From positions 35,958-99,957 of the forward strand of contig NMRA01000384.1 of the NCBI GenBank assembly GCA_002633005.1: 64,000 nt of DNA. Direction: 5' to 3'. The position numbers and the translations under genes are program-made. Numbering within the stretch: position 1 is the first letter of the stretch; each line of letters starts with the position of its first letter. Shown here in pieces: positions 12,601 through 27,600 of the stretch. Source of the DNA: Phoronis australis. Lineage: Eukaryota > Animalia > Phoronida. The notes below the pieces were generated by a model. That model was not told the origin of the DNA. It did no database searches and saw only the letters and a program-made list of their open reading frames with translations.

Positions 12601-15600
12601 TAAATTTGTACACAGTACACAGTAGATGTAATCCTTTGATACCAGGATCACTGATTTAGTCTAGTACACCTGTGAGCCCAGACCCAATAGTCTCTGGTTC
12701 ATCCATTAAGTCATAGATTTGTAAACCACAGAATATGAGCCTCACACTTAAAACTGCGGGAAAGACGTAGACTAGTGTAAAATTGAACATTATCCTATTG
12801 CAAGGTTTACCCACCTCAGCTTCGATAATGTCAGGGCTTACTTCGCCGCCACCAGATGGCACCTGTTCAACCCTTTCCACAGCCTCATCACGTTGCTCAA
12901 TGAGTTCGCGTATCCTGGTCTCATATTTCTGCTTCATGGAACCAGCCTGAGTACGTAGACTATCATACTAAAATACAAAAACAATAGCTTGAGTATGTAC
13001 TAAACAATCATACTGGATATAATCCAACAGCCTGGCTAGTCAACATCCNTCATAACTAGGTCAATAATCTGCCACGGTCATAACTAGGTCAATCATCTGT
13101 CATGGACATAACTAAATGAGTACCTAAGTCGTGTCTGCTTTACAACAATGCCTGCTTCAATCTACAGTATTGTGACTGTTACAACTTTGGATTGACCAGG
13201 CTTAACATGAGACATGCGGGACTTTTCGTGTGAACTTCTAACCATTAGAAACTTGGCCCGTACCACTGGTGTGTGTACTTAGTCCATAGATTTGTACACA
13301 GTACACAGTAGATGTACTCCTTCGATACCAGGAACACTGATTTAGTCTAGTACACCTGTGAGCCCAGACCCAATAGTCTCTGGCTCATCCATTAAGACAT
13401 AGATTTGTAAACCACAGAATATGAGGCTCACACTTAAAACTGTGGGAAAGACGTAGACTAGTGTAAAATTGAACATTATCCTATTGCAAGGTTTACTCAC
13501 CTCAGCTTCGATAACGTCAGGGCTTACTTCGCCGCCACCAGATGGCACCTGTTCAACCCTTTCCACAGCCTCATCACGTTGCTCAATGAGTTCGCGTATC
13601 CTGGTCTCATATTTCTGCTTCATGGAACCAGCCTGAGTACGTAGACTATCATACTAAAATACAAAAACAATAGCTTGAGTATGTACTAAACGATCATACT
13701 GGATATAATCCAACAGCCTGGCTAGTCAACATCCCGTGATATCACAAGTAACATGGTGTAGTGTTAAAAACATCACCGAAAGAAAACAACACGTCTTGTC
13801 AATTGCTTACGTAAAAACTGAAAATACAGGTTGGCTAAAACATGCTTTTTGGTATGAGTGGAGCAAAGCCACCATCACGAAAAATCAAAAATTGAAAGCA
13901 AGTCTCAAAATTGAATAAATACAAAGATTAGCAAGTCTTTTTCCCAAAAGATTCTCGAGACACATGCCATCCGATCACGCTGAACTAAACCCTTATGGTC
14001 TACTAAATACAAGATACAAGTTTTATGTACTAGGTCTAATATATAAAACAAGCCATATTACTCTATTTTTCAGACCAGCACAACAAGTAAACAACTAATA
14101 CCGTACTGAGCATTAAATATGAGCTCAACAATTACTTAAAATCATGACATGTAAAATCTAAAGGTAAAGTACATGGAATACAAAATAAATAAAGAGTAAA
14201 AGCAACATTACTTAAAAAAATTTAAAAAGCATAAAAAGTAACGTTTAAAGCAATGTTGAAACGCAAATTATAGACAATTTTACACGTCATCCACAAGTTC
14301 ACTGTGATGTCAACGGAAGTTTACGACCTGAAAACCATCCCACAATGCATTTGAAAATCGAGAACAAGGCCGTAGATGCACTGGTCCACACTCTACCTTA
14401 TCCTTCCACAGTTTCATCTCAGAGAGTTCCTCTTCCAACTCCTTGATCTGTTGACTACTTCCACCTTGAGAACTCTTCATCTCGGAAATCTGAAACATGG
14501 CCACAGATCATTTAGGCATTATTTCAAAAGCATTTCAAAGGACGAACAAATAATTTAAGAATGCGATGGAAAAGTTTTTTTGTTGCTTTACGATATGACA
14601 TTTAATGGCTAAATCACTTTAAAGCATAAAAGTCTGGTGCGTAACATTTGAAAATGTTTATACATGTGTGATATTTACTTTGTAAAACAATCTCTATGTG
14701 TACCGTTTTTTATTCCACAATGTCATTTTGACCCCCGCCACAAGAACAATGGAAAAGTCTGTCATCACTTCCTGCAAACACTGATGGAAATTTAGACTCG
14801 TAAGCTCATACTACAACTGGCCCAACGGTGGGTATGGCCCCACAAGAATGGCTACAGCCACAGGAGGATGGTTATGGCCCACAAGGATAGGTATGATCCC
14901 ACAAGGATGGGTATGGCCCCACAAGGATGGGTATGGCCCCACAAGGATGGGTATGGCCCCAGAAGGATGAGTATGGTCCCACAACAATGGGTATGGTCCA
15001 CAACGATGGGTATGGATTTTACCATGAACCCCTACCTTGCCAGTTAGCTCCTGAACACGGGAAGATAGCTGGTCCTTCTCTTCCTGCAAATCACGAACGA
15101 TTCGCTGGTGTTTCTCATCAGATGTCGCTAGTAGCCGGTCGCACTTTGACTTCCATTCCGCAGTCAGCTCTTCTTCAATTTTAGACACCTGAGAATTGAA
15201 GGAACAGCTGTGATGCACCTCGGTGGATTTACAGCATGAGATTGATTTTTCTGGTATTGTTTCCATGAACTGAAGTCTTTAAAATCAAAACCTCAGGAGT
15301 TAAGAGCACTTAAACATCACTTAAAGTACAAACCAAAGGTGTACTATGTTTCATCTATCAAAAACACCAAAATTGAACGCCACAAACACATATCCAAGTC
15401 AGACACAGACACATTACATTTATTTATAAACAAAATTAATATTCATTAGTGCTTAAGACCTTGACATATGGGTGCAACTCAAAAATTTTTATTTAATATT
15501 AGGCAAAAGAATTATTTTTTATTCAAATAACACCTGTGGTTGGATTATGGTTACTTATGGCAATCGCACAAGGTTGGTGAAGATTCTAGTACTTAGCCAC

Positions 15601-18600
15601 GACAGTTGCATGAAGAAAAGTGATCGCCAATGCTGAAGCTGGCAATAAGATGGTTGATAGAACACATTTGCGAACACCTGACATCAGTGTCTGATCAGAT
15701 GTCCTTTGTGTTGTCTCATAAAATTTCACTTCTGAATGCTGCAAAAGATTCCCTCAAATACCATTTGCTACTTACCTGCTCCGCTGCCACAGCATCAGTT
15801 GATGTCTTCTGCTTACGCAACTTATCCTTCAGGTCTTGCACTTCACTCTGTGAATAAAGACGACCAATAGGAGAAGTTGTGCAGTTTTTGAACAATTTGA
15901 CATTGGTACAATTGACATTGCATCCTAAGCATTGTTTTAGTGATGTAGCTTCCCTCCAAACTGACAGTACTGAAGAACTAGCCCTACCACTTACCCCACC
16001 TTTTATCAGGGATCGGAATCAATTTGAAACCCAGCTTCGTACCTCGTGTTGTTGTTTCAACTCTTCAATTTCATCCTCCAGCTTCCTTTTCTCACCAGCG
16101 TGCTTCTTCTTTCGTTCTTGCAGCGACTGTAAATAACCTCAAGGTCATTCCAGAAAATTCACGAAATGCCGCGGCAGCATTTCTCCATTATTAGTACATA
16201 TACAGAAACTACCACATTCCAAAATTTCAGTGCGAGTGCGATACAGCAATCTCAACTGTCAGTAAGTGGCAAAACTATCACAATTTCAGTGCTAACCTAA
16301 TGCGAGTATGCAGCCACAGGTCATTCGGTAACTGCCAATGAAATGAGGCTGCAGGTTTGTGGGACCCAATCATAAGTACGTGACCCACGTTCTTCGAATA
16401 GCCTGATGCCTGCAGGGCCACGTGACCAATGCTTATCATTCAACTGCCAATTACTAACATAGCCTGGTGGTAATTTTAAGAAGTCCCGAGTGAGACTTGA
16501 GTCAACAGTGGGCATCAAACACTCGCACTCGAAGCTGCTGGTGAAGGCTTTACTACTGCAAAGTCAGCTACCCCTTGTGTGCTGCATATACAAAGAACAG
16601 TCCAATAGGCCATGCAAGAACAGTGAAAACTTTTACCCTACATCTGGTTGTAATGGCACCAGTTTTCAAAAACGTACAAATAGAAAATGCACAAGGTTTG
16701 CTGGACAGCTGGAATCAAGCAGCAACTCAGTCCCTGCTTTTCTCTATTAAGTGAGTTTTGTTTCCAAACTTTTCAGCCAGTGATGTTTTGAATCTTTTTG
16801 TTTAGCCAATGATAAACACCAAAGGTAGCAAAAATAAACGAAAGGAAAGTTTGAGTCTTCCAAAATGTCAACTCGTACTAATTGGACTTAATTATCATTC
16901 TTCACAAAGTCATCAATCTTTTCTGGACTTCAGCTTCAGTGATTCCCCTGAAGAAACTAATTCATTAAACCATGCGTGAGAATTTGTACAGTGAAATTAA
17001 AATGACGAGACGAAGGTAAAAAAAATTGACATCGAACAAGTGGTAAAACAAAACAAAACGGACATTAAGCTTTCAAGGGTCTGATTTATGGAAGAGACTG
17101 AACATTTGTGACTTGGTCATAGGCTCCCACTTCAAAATTTCCGAGAAAAGGTTCAGTCAAAGACAAGTAGTCAGGAACGCATAACTGATGATGTAATTTC
17201 TATATATAGAAATTACATCATCAGTTATCATTGATTTGCAATTTTTCGAAACCAGTTGTGCGGAGACTTAAGTATCAAAAGACGTCACTTTTCATAAAAG
17301 AGGACCCTTATTATGCAGAAATAAAAAGTCCCGGAAGACTTCTACGAGCAAGGCACCCACATGACCGTGTATATTCCGTCGTTTAATTACATTAGAAAGA
17401 AAAGGTCATCCATTTCGGACAGCGATAATTGCCAGAAATGCCCTTTATTCAATTTTCAAGATTTCCTAACACTGTCATAGCTGCAAAATTTGATTAGAGA
17501 ACTATTTTGGTTCTATGTAGAAAATGAGAAAATAAAATCTCAATTGTCAGCCAGATTCTCTCTTAAAACTGTGTTAACTTCATTTATATTATCCTTTCAC
17601 TTAGTTTTATTCTATCTCTAGTAATGGCGATCACTAAAATTGTATTAGTTATGCTCAAAAACATGACATTTCTTACAACACCGCAATCGTTCAGTACAAC
17701 ATATTGTGTTTAATTTCATCTCCTTATCCCGGAGGCATTATGGCATAGTTGGATAAGTGTCGGCCTTCTTCACTCAAGGTTGGGGCTTCAAGTCCTCTGG
17801 GTCACACTGCTAATCGTGTCTGTAGCTCTTCAGCTCATAATAAACCAAAAATGCAGTGCAATGGGCCCCAACGATCAGCCTGCGCATGTCTGATACAACG
17901 TGTGCCAGACCGCCCGCAATTATTTGTTTATTTACCTTATCCAGCGTCTCGCTGCTAGACTTCAGTTCTGCCAATTCCTCTTCAAGGGTCGACAGTTGAC
18001 TCTCCGCCTGTTTTCGTTTCTGTTTCTCCTCCCTCAGAGAGCTGGTTATCTCCTCAACTTTCTTCTCACTCTCTAAAAGTACAAAACATTCAGGTAAACA
18101 TTAGAACAGTGAAACCGCAATAATTAGGGATAACGAATTCTTTCAGAGAAACGCATTAGTACCTAGAATACCAGAAGGAGGTGTGTTTTACTTCCTTCGC
18201 GCTCACGTACAACCAACCCACTATACATAATCAAAATTCGTTAACTAAGTACTTTAAGGGCTCGACATAAGATGCAGGTAGCATTTACGACCTGAAATTT
18301 GGAAACGTGAGCTCAAGTTTTGGCCAGCTCGCATTGGTCGACCTGGGAATTCCAACCGAGTCGAGTTTCGTACACTCCAGAACATAATTGACAGCAATAG
18401 AGGCAACTTGTGTAAATCCCATACAAACGCTAATGAAAACCACTATCAGGGTAGGTGCAAAAGTACTGGCACTCACGATTTTGGTTGTTTTCGGACACGG
18501 AATTTGCCATCAGAACAAAAAAGAAACGTCAACGGGAAATGCTCCTATCGCAGTTTTCAGCATTTTAAACCTGGCTGTCTTGTACTTTTTTCATTCTCGA

Positions 18601-21600
18601 ATGTTGGCAATCATGACTTTTGTGTTCTGGAAATCGTGAGAGTGACCCGAATTCTACAAGTTCAACCTGGGAAAAAAGCCTGGACATAAATAATAACCTG
18701 ATGATTTTCATAGCGTCTGGGGGTTGGTTGGGATTGGTTTGAAGATCACATTCATGTTGACATACTATGTTTCAGGCGGAAAAATCCAACAATATATTAA
18801 ATACTTCTCCATGATAAATACACACCAAGTTGGGTATTACAGGTGTCAAAAGTAAAGACCGCGCTTACTGAAATAATTTTTTATCGAAAACATTTAATTT
18901 GTTACCTGCAACAATGGCATTGAATACTGTCATATAAACAGAAGCAACACATTTTCAAGAAAAACACCAACAAACAACATCAGGCATTATGGTAGTATGA
19001 ATTCAACTACGCTAACACTTGTACGATCAGCAGAAATTTAGGTCCAGACAGCTCCAAAAATTAAAAATGTTCTATCACAGCCAGTGTGTAAACTTGCTTT
19101 TGTGCAGACTCACACATTGGAGTAAGCTGGAACAACAAATAGCAATTAAAACACTTGACTCCAAACTTTGGTGTGATTGTCTGGAATGGCCACCAGCTTA
19201 CACTTGTGATACTTCTCGCTGTCTGTGCGCTAGAGACATGGGACACGTGTCAGTAAACTTACAAGAGTGGGAGACTGATGTGTTTGACTCTGTACAATAT
19301 TACTCCCTGACTAACAAAAATTATAGAGACTGTCTCAAATTGGGGATTTTTTTCTTCTTTTACTTTTTTGGGTTTTTTTTCATTTTTTCTGTTTTTCTTT
19401 TTCATAGTTTATTATATTCGACAATACACTTATAAGAGTTCATATTTACCCTGCCTCTATCAACAGGCATGTGTTGTCTTAATCCAGGGTTAGGAACTGG
19501 GTTGGAACTGGCATGTATATACAATTATTTCCACTAAATATTAAGCAATTGGACATAATGTGCAATTTGTAATCAGCACACAATCATTGCCATTAGATAT
19601 TAAATGTTTGAGAACAAAAACAACAGGCTGTCTGAAAGCATTCATGGTGAATGATAGGGGTAACCTGTGTAGTTTAATGCAACTGCATGTCAAGAAAAGA
19701 CTGATAGAGATAATGAAAGAAGAGTATGCAGGTAACAACAGATCACAACTATTGTAGGTTTCCCACGGCAACAAGGAACTCCTGTCCATAAAAACTTCTC
19801 CAACACAACTCCAACACAAATCTACTTGCAGGTGGCGTAACTGAATCATGAACTAATGAATTTGCAATTAATTATGTCCAACTGATCGCCATTATTTGCT
19901 GTCACATTTCTGTTACCATATTCCTTTACTTGCGACTATTAACAGTTAGTAATGAAAGACACATTATGACAAATGTCTTATTCAGTATCGCATGATACAT
20001 GTCACTACCTCTAGTGATTACTCCAGCGGAAATGGAGTTACTTTTTCCACTGAAGCGGAGTTACTAGGCAACTTCGCATTTTAATCCGCCTATTTTGAGA
20101 GGAGTTGCGATGACTAATTAAGTCCGGGAAATAGCCTTTCCCCATAGAACAGAACTCCGCTCAACAGGCAACATGAGATGTGGTATCAGAATGGCATGAT
20201 ACAGATTAACAAAAATTAATTAAATTTTGTATAGCACATCCTCTTCAATAGCTTTCCCATTACATCCAGGTTCACATTCACTCCATTGCACACGTTCACT
20301 GCTAAGACCGAGCTCAGAGGAGTAGGAGACACCTTTGAGCAATACTCGATTGTCAGCGAGTAAAATCAGGATTGGAACCCGGGTCTCCCAAATGGGAGTA
20401 TGGATTTCAAACCACTGAGCCACACTGTCCCCTTGTAAAATCAAGATGCGATAAGAACATTTGGTACAATTAAGTAATACAAATGTCTCAGAGTCAATAA
20501 TCAATAAATACATGAAAATCTTCGAAAAATAGAAATTTTTAAATTGAATGTTGAGTGATGGTGAACTTATTGTTAGTAACTTCAGTGACCGAATCCTGGT
20601 TCAGATTTAACTCTTACCTCTGCGGAATATCGCAACGACGCCAGCCACCAGGGGCACTAACAGCCAAACGAGTTCATAATCCACCATTTTCAACACCTGC
20701 CTCCGTAATATCCTTAAGTCAAATTTCTGGCAGCCTATCGTTTAAAAAATTCACCCTACACAGGTATCAGATAAGCATCAGACCCAGAAGAGCTATTTCA
20801 ATACTAAGCAAAGTTTCCAAAGGTTATCGCAGGTTTTTGTGTATATTGTCAGCAGAATAAACACTGTTGACGTAGACAGCACATCTGGCTTCAGCAGTTT
20901 TACAAGTCTGTGCAGATAAATGGGCGTGGTTTTAATCCCGAGGTGATTTACAATTTCACCACCAACAAAACAAATTACTTATTCATTACCTAGCGAAAAG
21001 TAAACAACATTTTTCAAGCCTCGACAAAACAATTTTTAATGCGTAATGATTTCGATAATTTTCAACTCTCAACAATATCCACCAACCACGCAAGCATAAA
21101 TGAGATGAAAGGATCTCCCAAAAGTTTTCGTGTCATTACTTAACAAAAAGCAAACTGTTGCATTCCGGGTCTTCTATAATCTGCGACACACAATCCAACA
21201 AAAGGGAGGAGGCAATATTCTATCAGCTCAGAATCAGATGTGGTCCACAATAAACAACATCCTCTTGACAAACAACTCCTAAACAACAAATACGCCACAA
21301 AAATCCAGTATCTGCACAAATATCAATTCAATCCTCCCTTTTCCACCATTTCATAATAAACAGCGCAGAACCAGACAGTCAAATAATCTCCATCTCAACA
21401 TCAATCAATTAAACCGGTGTCATCAAATACTTTACAGTCCATAGGAAATAGCCAGGGACAACTACCTATGGGATAACAATGCAGCAACTGTTGTAGATTG
21501 AGCCCCAGTGACCTCACACTGACACTCTATATGACAAGAGGTTGCTGTGACCTGAATGTCGTTTTCATGTCAGGAAGGAGAAAACAAACCGTGACCTGTA

Positions 21601-24600
21601 TATTGAGTAGTGAGGTGGGCAATACTTAGTCTAACTGAAGGCTGGGTCTGACAGGTGTACATGCCAGAATGAAATTTATCTAAGCACTACATAATTTTAT
21701 AAAATAAAAATATATTTTCAACTAGCACGTTCTTTAGGGTGTGACCAAAGCTTTTAATACATCTAAGAAATTGTTACAATAGAAACTAAATGATCATTAA
21801 AGTGCCCATTGCACGAATGCTAATCATTTATATTTGAACATTAAGAAATCAGCTCAAAATACAGTGCTATTTCACTAATTTTTGACAAAAACAATTCTCT
21901 AAATTGAACATTTTTATTTTTCAAGAACTTCTAACATTGCATTGAATACAGTTCTTCAAAAGATTTAAATTGTTTTTATTGCTTATTATGCTACAGAACT
22001 TGAAAACGATAAAGCATGCAACAAATGAATAGACATGAATTCATACTACCCGTCTTTTATGATAAATTATGACCCACTAAAATTGCCTTGTGTACACACC
22101 AAAAATAAACGGACAAAATGACATGGAATTTCACGCAACCTGAATTTATGTCTAAAGAAGATGGTCATTATACTCTGGTTATTTTCATGCAATGTCAACA
22201 AAACAGACGGATTAAAGCAAATACTATCATTATAACTTTGACTCAACTTGTTCCTTACCCAGACGAGAAGCGAAATCTTTCTGGATTTTGCAAAAAACTG
22301 AAAGTTCATTATTTCTTGAGACCCCACTTGGCCCATAAAATGACGAGCTCGCACAAGCCATTTTGCAGAACCTCGGTCTCAAGCAATAATGGACTGTCAG
22401 TTCTTTCCAAGAACTGAAATTTCCTTCAATTTGACCGAGGAATAACTTTAGGCCAATTTCATAAAAGATGGTGGCCTAAATCAAAAACTGGTTTAGTGAT
22501 GCAGACAAGCTTATAATCACTATAAACAACACATAATAATTAGAATTAGAAGATATGCAGCACATAAGCGCATATTTAGAAATAGACCCAAATGGATTAC
22601 TATTCAGAAGACAAACACTATTATAGTTCAATAATTAAAGCTGCGTTCAAACCCTCCCTCCATTGGCAGGCTATGTGCTAATGAGCATGACACAAGATGT
22701 CTCTTACAGCATTCAGAGGAACCAGTGACATCATCATAAAAAGTGTAATACGGGGGGAAATGTAGAATGATTGTATTAAGAGTTTCTTCGATAAACAGCC
22801 ATGGGAACTGATGTGGCTATCCAATGAAAATGAATGAAACAACTAAATGAAATTAACTTACCAATCAATGACGATTTTGCAGTTGCCAGTTCGTCTTTTG
22901 TCGTTCTACTGTCACCGACCAAGTTATGTAATTTCTGCTGAAGATCGCCATCGCGTTTCTTCAATTCTGCAATCTCCAGTTGTAACGTACTCAGCTGAGA
23001 GGTGGCAGCACTGTACTCCGTAGCCATCTGTATCTGGTAAGTCCGAAAAAAAATAAATAAATAAAATAAAATAAATCACTTACATTAATTTAATAAAAAA
23101 GAATTTTCTATAACAAACATTAAATAAATTTGAATGGAAATAAGTAAAACAAGATAGCAGTAGTTTTCTAAGATTATCAAACTAAATGTGGAGCAAGCAC
23201 ATAGGAGGTATTTTTTATTCCAAACCACTACTTAATGTTGCTTGGAGATACAGTTTCTTAGCCCCCAAATGCAAGAGCATTCTAACTGAAAATGCAGTTC
23301 AACACAGCCAATGGCAATACAGATAGAAATAATTATATGTTCACACAGTGCAAGGAAAATTTCACAGGGTTAGATTAATAAATTTCAGAAACAGTTCAAT
23401 CCACTGTAAACATTTTTCCGAAAACATTTTTCTGTAGACATTTTTCATGGCCATTTTTCCATAGTCATTTTTCGTAGACATTTTTCCATAGACATTTTTC
23501 CGTAGACATGTTTCCGTAAACATTAGGTTAGACAAAGGGTTATATTTAAAAAATTTCGACGGTAACAGTTTAATCCACTGCAAACATTTTTCCAAAGATA
23601 TTTTTCTGTAAGAAAAAGATAGAATTCTTCAAACGGTTTCAAAAATAGTCCTAAAATTATCATTTTCATCATTCAAAGGCTTCCTAAATTGCTACAAAAT
23701 TTTAAAATTTCACCAAATGTTATTTGGAACCATACAAGCTACCCTAAATAATCTTTTTGCTATTAACGATTGTCGAGATATTTGACTAAACGTGAAACTC
23801 TTTTTTAAACACAATATCATAAACTCAAGTGCGATTACCATGACTAATGTTCAATATGAAACGAGCAGATCAAATAGTTCTTACCTTCTCCTGTTCTAGT
23901 ATGAGAACTCTTGCCTGTGACTGTGCTGCCGTGGACTTGAATGTATCATTGCGCTGTTCAAGCATGGTATTACTTTGTTCAACGAACCTGAAACAGAGAC
24001 AAGTACCAATTACGAAACAGTCTGATGTACCAGCCATGTAAGAAAAGAGGGTGAAAAGGCAGTGAGTTAGTTACATATTCCTCCACCTAGTACTGTTTAT
24101 AAAGGGGAAACCACTCGGAACATTCTGGTTTTATTTGAGGGACATGATCCGCTTTATGGTCGAAAACATTTTTGGGATCTTTGTTGGATAGGATAAACAT
24201 CTTGAAGTTCAAAGCTTTGACCTGAGCTATAAAACAGTAAAATCTGATGCGTTTTTGAGATTTTATTACAATCACCATTTCTTACATTTTTCCGCCAGAC
24301 ATTTGCTGTCAGAAATAACCTTCCGTTTACCAAGTGGGGTTTGACTCAGTCACCGCTGACATTGTGGGTCCACTTTGGCATTGTGGGTCCACTTTGGCAT
24401 TGTGGGTCCACTTTGGCATTGTGGGTCCACTTTGCATTGTGGGTCCACTTTGACATTGTGGGTCCACTTTGCATTGTGGGTCCACTTTGGCATTGTGGGT
24501 CACAGAAGAGAATCAACATTACGTCTGGCCAACCCTTTTCATTGCAAATAGTGCCAACAACTGACCACTCATGCTCCATAAAACAACATTTTTGTTTTAG

Positions 24601-27600
24601 TTTAGGAAAACACCTACTGTTGGTTTCTTTGCAACAGCTCGGCAATCTTCTCATTCTGTGACTCAATGCGAGTGCTCTTCTCGAACACGTCACGCTTCAC
24701 GCGCTCGTTCTCCTGAATGATACGCTGTATATTCTGCAGCAGAACTCCGGTCTCCAGGGTAGGGGTGTTGGTCTGCAGAGCCATACTGCTGGTGCCAGCA
24801 CCGTGCAACTGAAGGTGGTCAAGCTGCAAGTCAAGGCAAGGTCATCAACGCAGCAATGAAAAGCAACACTGAGCTGAAGATACACAATGAAGTTAACATG
24901 CAAGCATTAAAGCTCGTGCATCTGTTTGAAAAAACGTTTTCTAAAATGTGGTTTTAGCTCAGACGTCTCAAACGTGCCAATATTTCAACTATATGAACAA
25001 GATGTGCTGGTGCACGCCTTAACTGGAATGTTTTAAATTTATTTGTTTCTTACATATTCTTATTAGTTTAAATTCAAGATAGTTTCCTAAAGATGAGATG
25101 TAACTAAGCTTTGTAGAAAATTAAGTGTTAATTGTAAATGTCAATTTTGCCAGAAAGTGGGGACTTCTGCAATCCACAGAGCACAAAAAGTGAAACAGTG
25201 ATAGCTCACAAACATGCAATGCAATCGAAAGCATTACATAGATCAACAAATTATACAAATCTCTCACCTTTTCCTGTACTTTGTCTATTTTATCCGACAC
25301 TTTGCCAAGAGACAGTCTCAACTCTGTGTTCTGCTGTCTGGACTCAGACAGTAATACTGTTGTAAGGGTGTCCGACGACTGACTCATAGGCGGGGCGACA
25401 GGCTGACCTGGGAAGTACAGATTAAGGCAAGCAATTACTACCTTGGTCTAGCCTCATGACATATGTTTACGGCTAAAAATGAAGCATAGCATTTACCATA
25501 ATTTCGACCATGAAGGATGACGCAGTGAAATTGTGTTTTTGATGGCCATAAAGAGAATAAAAAAGAACCACGAAAATTTTGTTTAATTATTCTGAATAAC
25601 ACTGTTGGTTTAAACAAAATATGAAAAGTATCAAGTAAGTTTAGCCAAATGCGACTAAAAACGAACCGTGCAATCACAGCATTGACCAGTGGAAGGAATG
25701 TACTTGGACATAAAACTGCAGTTTGTTGCTTATTTTGCAGAATGCTCTAGCCAAATTGTAGTTTTTTATTTCTTATATTTTTTAAAGATGTACTGAACAG
25801 TTACAAATAAAAAAATTGTCACAAGACATTCTTTTATCACATCGGTACAGCAAAAACATGATCACAACAAAGTAAGAAATTCTCAGAAATTATTTTTCAT
25901 CAAAATTTTGACAAAATACCACTTATCTGCCATACTGCATGTTCAATACATGAATAAGTGCCACGTATTCTTATACAAATTAGCGACTTTACTTTTCCCA
26001 AAGTAACCATGGTTACCTGGAAACTGTTGTTGCTGTGGAAACATGCCGCCATATTGAGGAGGCTGCTGCTGCTGTACTTGTTGCTGTTGGTAACCGTACA
26101 TGGGGTTGACCTGCTGGAATGGCTGCTGGAATGGCTGCTGGAAGACAGGAAGTGATCAGTGAAATTACCAGGGAGGAGGAACGGTTCAGTTGACAGACTT
26201 TCAAATAGATCTGACATCTAATCCAGCAGCAGAATTTTGTGAGCAGTGTAACTTACGGAAGATCGAATCCAGTACGTGTACTCCAGAAAAACAGGACAGC
26301 CCTAACTTTGGTCCTCTGTGTACACTGCATGTGTAAGGGTGAAAAAGTATCAAGGGGCAACTTTTGAATTGGTTCATTTATTGCTCTGCCCCAGCCAAGG
26401 GAAGGTCGGGTTCCTCACAGATATTTACAAACTGTCCAAATATTTTGCCGTGTTTACCCACAATGGTGTAACATCCATCATGTAGTTCTCTAGTCATGTT
26501 TCACACCATATTAGTTGCTCAAGCACTTTGTTGGTGCCTTTTTTCAAATTTTTATCCACTGCATTTATTTAACTATATTCAACCTGCCAATGCCATGGAA
26601 GTTTTATTGCTGTGCTGTGGATTGCAATGACAGCAAGTTGGATAAACGTGTTTTAACAAGTAAGTATCTGACGCGACATTTCCAGACGTGATTCCTCGAA
26701 TCAACCTGACAACAATGTAACAGTGTATTTCTCTACCTCCAGGACTGTCCATTAGACTAAAATAGAAACCACCCCAACTTACTTGAAACTGTTGCATTGG
26801 CTGGTAGACCGCTACTTGGGAAGCTGGTGGAGGCATGCCTGCAATAGAACAGAGATAATACGAACAATTAGTAATATACAATAATAACACAGTAGGATAT
26901 GACATATACAAGCATGCACGCATGAACTCATGGATGCAGCCACCCCCACACACACGTGTGTATAAAAGCCGGAGATCCTCGAAGGCGAAATTCACTTCAT
27001 TGAAGACCAATGCAGTGTAAAATACAATTATAAAAGTAAGCAAACTCTGAAAATGTAAGGCGGCAAATCCAACAGTAAGCAAACTTTCGGGAAGAACAAA
27101 TAAAAGGCTTGATACTCTTTACTTAACGTGCGAGAATAAACAATCCAGTCCATGCCTGGTTTGTAATGAACACTTAACATAACTTACAACCGTCCAACTG
27201 TACTGTGTATATGTTGCTATGGTTACAGTTGAATTTAAAATTAGATGGCACATTTAGAAATTAAAGTGCCAGGATTTTTTTTTTTATGTATTTATTAGAA
27301 TTAGAAATTAAAGTGCCAGGAAATTTGTAGTAATGCACTACGACCGCATTAACCTCTTATACACCACCTATTGGTCACATCCTGCGATCTGATGATTTTA
27401 AGTATACATTGTAGGACTTCTGTCCTTACCGAGACTAGAACCCAGGACTTTCTAAGCTCTGTACAAAATGAGATGCTCTTATTCACAGTGTAGTCGACTC
27501 CAGCAGACAATCAAGTAGGTCCAGTCAGACGTACAATAATAATCAAAAAAGGCTGACAGAATCTTTTTGTTCAAAAACGGTATTTCAAGGAAATTAATGC

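Larger units (their letters stand above)
12364..13734. repeat. 686-bp tandem duplication containing FKBP15 exon 24
   Basis: 12364-13048 vs 13050-13734, joined by a single N. Confidence 0.85.

Noticed and set aside
14811-15035. HPCG/GPYP repeat peptide in ORF 14811-15266
   Set aside because: Read-through into a 20-bp intronic minisatellite past the exon 22 donor.
20290-20432. Possible tRNA genes here and at 17731, 43030 and 53175
   Set aside because: A/B boxes are present but no intact acceptor or anticodon stems; better explained as SINE heads.
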